64,000 nt of DNA from Gemmatimonadota bacterium (GTDB lineage Bacteria > Gemmatimonadota > Gemmatimonadetes > Gemmatimonadales > GWC2-71-9), in NCBI GenBank assembly GCA_036679605.1, contig JAZDCZ010000419.1, forward strand, positions 64,001 through 128,000, written 5' to 3'. Under the pieces are notes generated by a model. It made no database searches and had not been told where the DNA came from. It worked only from the letters and a program-made list of their open reading frames with translations. Shown piece by piece: positions 59,195-64,000 of the stretch; the stretch's first letter is position 1, and each line of letters starts with the position of its first letter. Made by a program: the position numbers and the translations under genes.

Positions 59195-59927
59195 GCAGCT
59201 GTACATGGTACGCCTCGGCCTAGACATGCGCAGCTTGGTAAAGACAGGCCGGCAAATGCGATTGCCGCTTCACGGTGTCGATGACGGTTACCTCGTCCAT
59301 TGTCAACTAGGTCAGTTGTTCGGCAATGATGCTCCGAAGCCCTTCTCCCTGGGACATGTCCGAAGACGCTGGCTAGACGTAACTGCTTACACAAGCCGTG
59401 ATGTCAAGGACTTAAGCGTACACGCTGACAGCTTTGCAGATCCATACATACACTCGTCTTGTGACTGGGACGTGTTCGCACAAAAGCGGATGCCGATGTC
59501 TTGGAACGAGGGATCGCAGTATCGGTTCGAGGTAAGGATCTGCCCCGTTGTCCGAGCGAATTCTGATAGCCCATGCTACAAACGAGGTTCAGAAATAGAT
59601 GCTTACTTAGCTCAATGTAACACCACGGCCGAGGCATGTCCGGACTCCCGATCTGCAGTGTATATCCACTGGTTGGAGGAACAGTTCCAACGCAGAGAGG
59701 GTGCGCAAATCGAGGCATGTCGGATGACAGGTTTTCGACTGATTCGAATCGCTCGGCGCGCGCAACGGAACGGTCGGCGGGCCTCCGTTCGACAACGTCC
59801 CGACGTAAGGGTGGAGGGCATGCTTACTGTTACCGACGGTGGCAAATTCACCGAACTCTTACGGCGTGGTGTAGGTCGACATCGAGCGTTCGGATTTGGC
59901 ATGCTGCTCCTCATACCCATTGGCTAA
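59181..59927 (+). CDS. cas6e: Type I-E Cas6/Cse3
   Basis: RFEVRICPV; C-terminal GVGRHRAFGFGMLL glycine loop. Confidence 0.93.
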   Translation: MTQNKQLYMVRLGLDMRSLVKTGRQMRLPLHGVDDGYLVHCQLGQLFGNDAPKPFSLGHVRRRWLDVTAYTSRDVKDLSVHADSFADPYIHSSCDWDVFAQKRMPMSWNEGSQYRFEVRICPVVRANSDSPCYKRGSEIDAYLAQCNTTAEACPDSRSAVYIHWLEEQFQRREGAQIEACRMTGFRLIRIARRAQRNGRRASVRQRPDVRVEGMLTVTDGGKFTELLRRGVGRHRAFGFGMLLLIPIG

Positions 59928-60815
59928 TTGGTACTCAAGGGCCGTCTAGGACTTGAGACTGCACGGATCCCGCACGGGGACCGGCACGGTCTGTTGTGGC
60001 TGGGACGAGGCAAACTCTTTGTTGAGGATGGGACCCTGCGATTTACGACGACAGGGGCTGGAGATCTTGATGCTGGTGACTATGCGATTCCGTACCAGAT
60101 GCTTTCATGCATTCTCATTGGGCCGGGTACAACAGTTAGTCACGACGCATTGCGGATTCTCGCTCGCCATAGTACGGGCTTGATCGTTGTCGGGCAGGAC
60201 GGCGTCCGATTTTATGCCAGCATGCCGTCTGGCCCGGACCACTCGGCTCTCGCACGCAAGCAGGTAGCTGCTTGGGCAAGCGCAGATGGTACCCGCCTCG
60301 ATGTCGCTCGACGCATGTATGCTTGGCGGTTGGGAGAGGTCCTCCAGCATTCGGAGATTAGCGTGTTGCGCGGGATCGAAGGAGCGAGAATGAAGGAAAC
60401 CTATCGCCGCTTGGCTGAGGAGTATGAAGTAGATTGGTCTGGGAGGCGCTACGACCGCAGTAACCCAATGTCGACTGACCTTCCAAACCAAGCCATCAAT
60501 CATGCAGCGACTGCAGTCCAGGCTGCTGCGATGGTCGCCGTAGCGACCGTTGGCGCGGTGCCGCAATTGGGGTTTATCCACGAGGATTCCGGTATCGCGT
60601 TCTGTCTCGACATAGCTGACCTGCATCGGGACTCCGTCACGTTGCCGGTGGCTTTTGGCGGGGTGCGTCACTGTCTACGCCGGCCGACAGATTCTGTAGA
60701 GGGAGTAGTGAGACGGCTTGCCGGCAAGACTTTCCGAAAGGTACAACTAATTCCCAAGATGATCGATCAGATCAAAGCATTGTTTGAGACCAATGACGGT
60801 ACTGGTAACAGTTGA
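59928..60815 (+). CDS. cas1: Type I-E Cas1
   Basis: LKGRLGLE, GPGTTVSHDA, LRGIEGAR, LGFIHE, DIADL. Confidence 0.96.
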   Translation: MVLKGRLGLETARIPHGDRHGLLWLGRGKLFVEDGTLRFTTTGAGDLDAGDYAIPYQMLSCILIGPGTTVSHDALRILARHSTGLIVVGQDGVRFYASMPSGPDHSALARKQVAAWASADGTRLDVARRMYAWRLGEVLQHSEISVLRGIEGARMKETYRRLAEEYEVDWSGRRYDRSNPMSTDLPNQAINHAATAVQAAAMVAVATVGAVPQLGFIHEDSGIAFCLDIADLHRDSVTLPVAFGGVRHCLRRPTDSVEGVVRRLAGKTFRKVQLIPKMIDQIKALFETNDGTGNS

Positions 60816-61116
60816 CGTCGCCGCGCGCTTCCGCGGATTCCTGGCGTCGTGCATGTTAGAGATCGCACCAGGCGTTTATACGTCGCCACGAATGACGAAA
60901 GCTGTACGCGAGCGCGTCTGGTCTGTGCTCGAGGACTGGTTCAGCGAACTCGGCGGGGGCGGGATCGTCATGACCTGGCGAGAACCGGCGCTCGCAGGCG
61001 GTCAGGGAATTGCCACGCTCGGTGTGCCGCCCCGTGAACTGCACAAGGCAGGCGGAATCTTCTTGGCCCGGCGCAATACTGACGGCGAGACGGAGGAGAC
61101 GGTGGAGGTAGATTAA
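60793..61116 (+). CDS. cas2: Type I-E Cas2
   Basis: RFRGFLASCMLEIAPGVY, VRERVW. Confidence 0.94.
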   Translation: MTVLVTVDVAARFRGFLASCMLEIAPGVYTSPRMTKAVRERVWSVLEDWFSELGGGGIVMTWREPALAGGQGIATLGVPPRELHKAGGIFLARRNTDGETEETVEVD

Positions 61117-61195
61117 ATACGCTCTTTGACAATTGATGTATACTGGATGAATGAGTTCGGCTCGGCACTCCAACCCTCTTGCAAAGTGCAAGAGG
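61117..61195 (+). promoter_or_regulatory. CRISPR leader (79 bp)
   Basis: Between the cas2 stop and repeat 1; AT-richer; contains CTCTTTGACAA and TATACT. Confidence 0.75.
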
Positions 61196-64000
61196 GTTTC
61201 CCCCGCGCACGCGGGGATAGACCCCGGCCTCGGTCGCGTAGCGTTCCCGTTCCCGGGTTTCCCCCGCGCACGCGGGGATAGACCCAGCCGCTACCTGCAC
61301 CACCCCAGCATCCTGCCGTTTCCCCCGCGCACGCGGGGATAGACCGTAGAAGCCGGGATCGACCAGGCACAGGTCACCGTTTCCCCCGCGCACGCGGGGA
61401 TAGACCCGGTATCGAGCTTGATCAACCTCTGCTGCCGGAGTTTCCCCCGCGCACGCGGGGATAGACCCAGGTCGATCTGTTTGGGTCTGGCTCAAGTCAA
61501 GTTTCCCCCGCGCACGCGGGGATAGACCGCGCTATGCTTTAGCTGTCAAAGATATCCAGCGGTTTCCCCCGCGCACGCGGGGATAGACCCCTGACTGGCG
61601 GTGTCGCGATCGTGCCCGCATTGTTTCCCCCGCGCACGCGGGGATAGACCCAAGAAGGATCCCGAGAGCCCCGGCAGTTTCTGGTTTCCCCCGCGCACGC
61701 GGGGATAGACCCGAAAGAGAATACTGTAGCTCTGGAACGCAAAAGTTTCCCCCGCGCACGCGGGGATAGACCCCGCGAGTCCTCGCAGTAGCAGGGGAAT
61801 GCCGCGTTTCCCCCGCGCACGCGGGGATAGACCGTGGAGGGTGACTACGAAATAGTTGATGACGTGGTTTCCCCCGCGCACGCGGGGATAGACCCTGCCG
61901 GCATGCCGCGACGCACTCAAAATATTAGTTTCCCCCGCGCACGCGGGGATAGACCCTCCTCCCACCCCATCCAAGGATATTCATGGCCGTTTCCCCCGCG
62001 CACGCGGGGATAGACCCTACTTGCAATATCGCGGCTTGAAGGACCCCGAGTTTCCCCCGCGCACGCGGGGATAGACCCCAATTCCTTGCCCTACGCTCAG
62101 GTGGTCGAAGGTTTCCCCCGCGCACGCGGGGATAGACCGCGGTTCGGGATCACCGAAGGGACCGCACACCAGTTTCCCCCGCGCACGCGGGGATAGACCG
62201 CAAGCGACCACTCCGTAGCCTTGCCCGCGCTCGTTTCCCCCGCGCACGCGGGGATAGACCCCGCACCGCGAAATTGAAAGAGGGGCGCGCGAAGTTTCCC
62301 CCGCGCACGCGGGGATAGACCTTTTTACGGATGGGTATGAATATGCCCTACAGGGTTTCCCCCGCGCACGCGGGGATAGACCCACCGAACGAACTCACGC
62401 CGCCCTACGAAACATGTTTCCCCCGCGCACGCGGGGATAGACCCGCCGTCAATGCGCGCGTCGTCCATCATCTTTCGTTTCCCCCGCGCACGCGGGGATA
62501 GACCCTAAGAGCATGAGTCTCGGCCCTTGGGTCGTGGGTTTCCCCCGCGCACGCGGGGATAGACCTCCATTAGTGTGTTCGGCGAAGGTCCGGGCCAGTT
62601 TCCCCCGCGCACGCGGGGATAGACCCTCGCGGCGGCTATCGCGGTCACGGAGCTGGCCGTTTCCCCCGCGCACGCGGGGATAGACCTTTGAATAGTCCAG
62701 TCACTGCGGCCATCACAGCGTTTCCCCCGCGCACGCGGGGATAGACCTCATCCGATTGAGCTAGCAGGTAGGCTCGGCGTGTTTCCCCCGCGCACGCGGG
62801 GATAGACCTTTCCGTCCAGGTCCACTCACAAGCGAGCTAGAGTTTCCCCCGCGCACGCGGGGATAGACCTCATGGAACGCACCCTAGCGCGCCCCCGCCC
62901 CAGTTTCCCCCGCGCACGCGGGGATAGACCCTAGGCACCTTGCGAGTCCTTCCTAGATGCCGGGTTTCCCCCGCGCACGCGGGGATAGACCTTACAAATA
63001 CCACAACTGCGATGATTACCGCCCGTTTCCCCCGCGCACGCGGGGATAGACCCATCTGAGAGGGTTCGCGTCTAAGTTCCTGGCCGTTTCCCCCGCGCAC
63101 GCGGGGATAGACCCTGCGGCACTAGTAGCGGGAGACATTCCCGATCGTTTCCCCCGCGCACGCGGGGATAGACCACCTGATTCGCGGCCCTATTGTGCCC
63201 AACTTGGGTTTCCCCCGCGCACGCGGGGATAGACCCCCAAAACGGCGCCATTACTAACGGTTTCAGTTGTTTCCCCCGCGCACGCGGGGATAGACCTTTC
63301 GCTCATTGAACATCTTCTCCAGATCGTCCGTTTCCCCCGCGCACGCGGGGATAGACCCCGTTTACACCAAGGGCAGCGGAGGCCGGTCACGTTTCCCCCG
63401 CGCACGCGGGGATAGACCGTACGGTATCGAGATCGAGGTCGTACTTGATGAGTTTCCCCCGCGCACGCGGGGATAGACCCCATGCTGTCGTCGGTGATGG
63501 CTGTCACGATTAGTTTCCCCCGCGCACGCGGGGATAGACCGTAAATAGTGGGGCGACAGCGTTTGTAACGGAGGTTTCCCCCGCGCACGCGGGGATAGAC
63601 CGTTGGCAAAGATCGTCCATTGGTGCGAGCAGAAGTTTCCCCCGCGCACGCGGGGATAGACCCACATAGACCTACCGGTAATCGATGGGGACGGGGTTTC
63701 CCCCGCGCACGCGGGGATAGACCCTAGCGGCACAAAGTCGGAGGTAGATATGTGGAGTTTCCCCCGCGCACGCGGGGATAGACCCATTACATTGCATCTA
63801 CCGTTGAAATTGAACTGGTTTCCCCCGCGCACGCGGGGATAGACCCGTCACTGTCGTCAAGGAATTGCTCTAACTGTCGTTTCCCCCGCGCACGCGGGGA
63901 TAGACCTCTCCCCACCGAAGGAAACGCCGAGTCTCCACGGTTTCCCCCGCGCACGCGGGGATAGACCCGGTTCTGTGTCGTCAATGTACACCTGCGCTGT
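61196..64000 (+). CRISPR. Type I-E CRISPR array, at least 46 repeats, runs to the window edge
   Basis: Invariant 28-nt GTTTCCCCCGCGCACGCGGGGATAGACC with a CCCCGCG/CGCGGGG stem; 33-nt spacers (one 32 nt); 61-nt period. Confidence 0.99.

Noticed and set aside
61126..61144. TTGACA and TATACT in the leader as a consensus promoter
   Set aside because: The elements are only 7 nt apart, not 16-18.
63114..63146. Spacer 32 matches glcE 41114-41130 at 16 of 17 nt (self-targeting?)
   Set aside because: Seed and 3' flanks mismatch; a match this short is plausible by chance over 46 spacers and both strands. I saw no full self-match, but could not search exhaustively.
63663..63695. Spacer 41 contains ATAGACC like the repeat end
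   Set aside because: Spacer length and period are normal; a 7-mer coincidence.
60968..63984. Many ORFs across the CRISPR array
   Set aside because: Translations of the repeat (GLSPRARGK, VYPRVRGGN, SIPACAGET); artefacts.
1..64000. tRNA, rRNA, riboswitches, intact transposase or integrase
   Set aside because: None recognisable by eye; covariance-model scans were not possible.

Overview
A bacterial chromosomal window of moderately high GC. Gene content and protein style suggest Gemmatimonadota (inferred, not searched). About 1-49.7 kb is housekeeping and metabolic: patatin-ferredoxin, MsbA-like ABC, PorX-like REC-PglZ, a DnaB C-terminal-only paralog, yebC-ruvCAB-queA-tgt-yajC-def-fmt-thiESG-rsmB-PASTA-rpe-tlpA-cdaR-tsaD-lgt, a kinase, FTR1, acpS, tamAB, fprA, pduO, phzF, aroB, a sigma70, glcDEF, ygfZ and an NAD-linked formate dehydrogenase. 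The FDH alpha subunit is a selenoprotein (in-frame TGA plus SECIS) that the ORF track splits in two. From ~49.7 kb there is an accessory/defence block: an MNT-HEPN toxin-antitoxin pair, a divergent TPR-like gene, a complete type I-E cas operon and a CRISPR array of at least 46 identical repeats running off the window. Signals not shown by the ORF track include: a 54-aa zinc-ribbon gene coupled between ruvA and ruvB; two TGTCAC-N10-TANNNT (PafBC/RecA-NDp-like) promoter motifs upstream of cas3; a 12-bp hairpin fused to the first CRISPR repeat; position-dependent spacer first-base bias; ATA/ATC start candidates; recurrent leaderless-type promoters; and a Fur box. All product calls come from motif recognition by eye; no database search was run.
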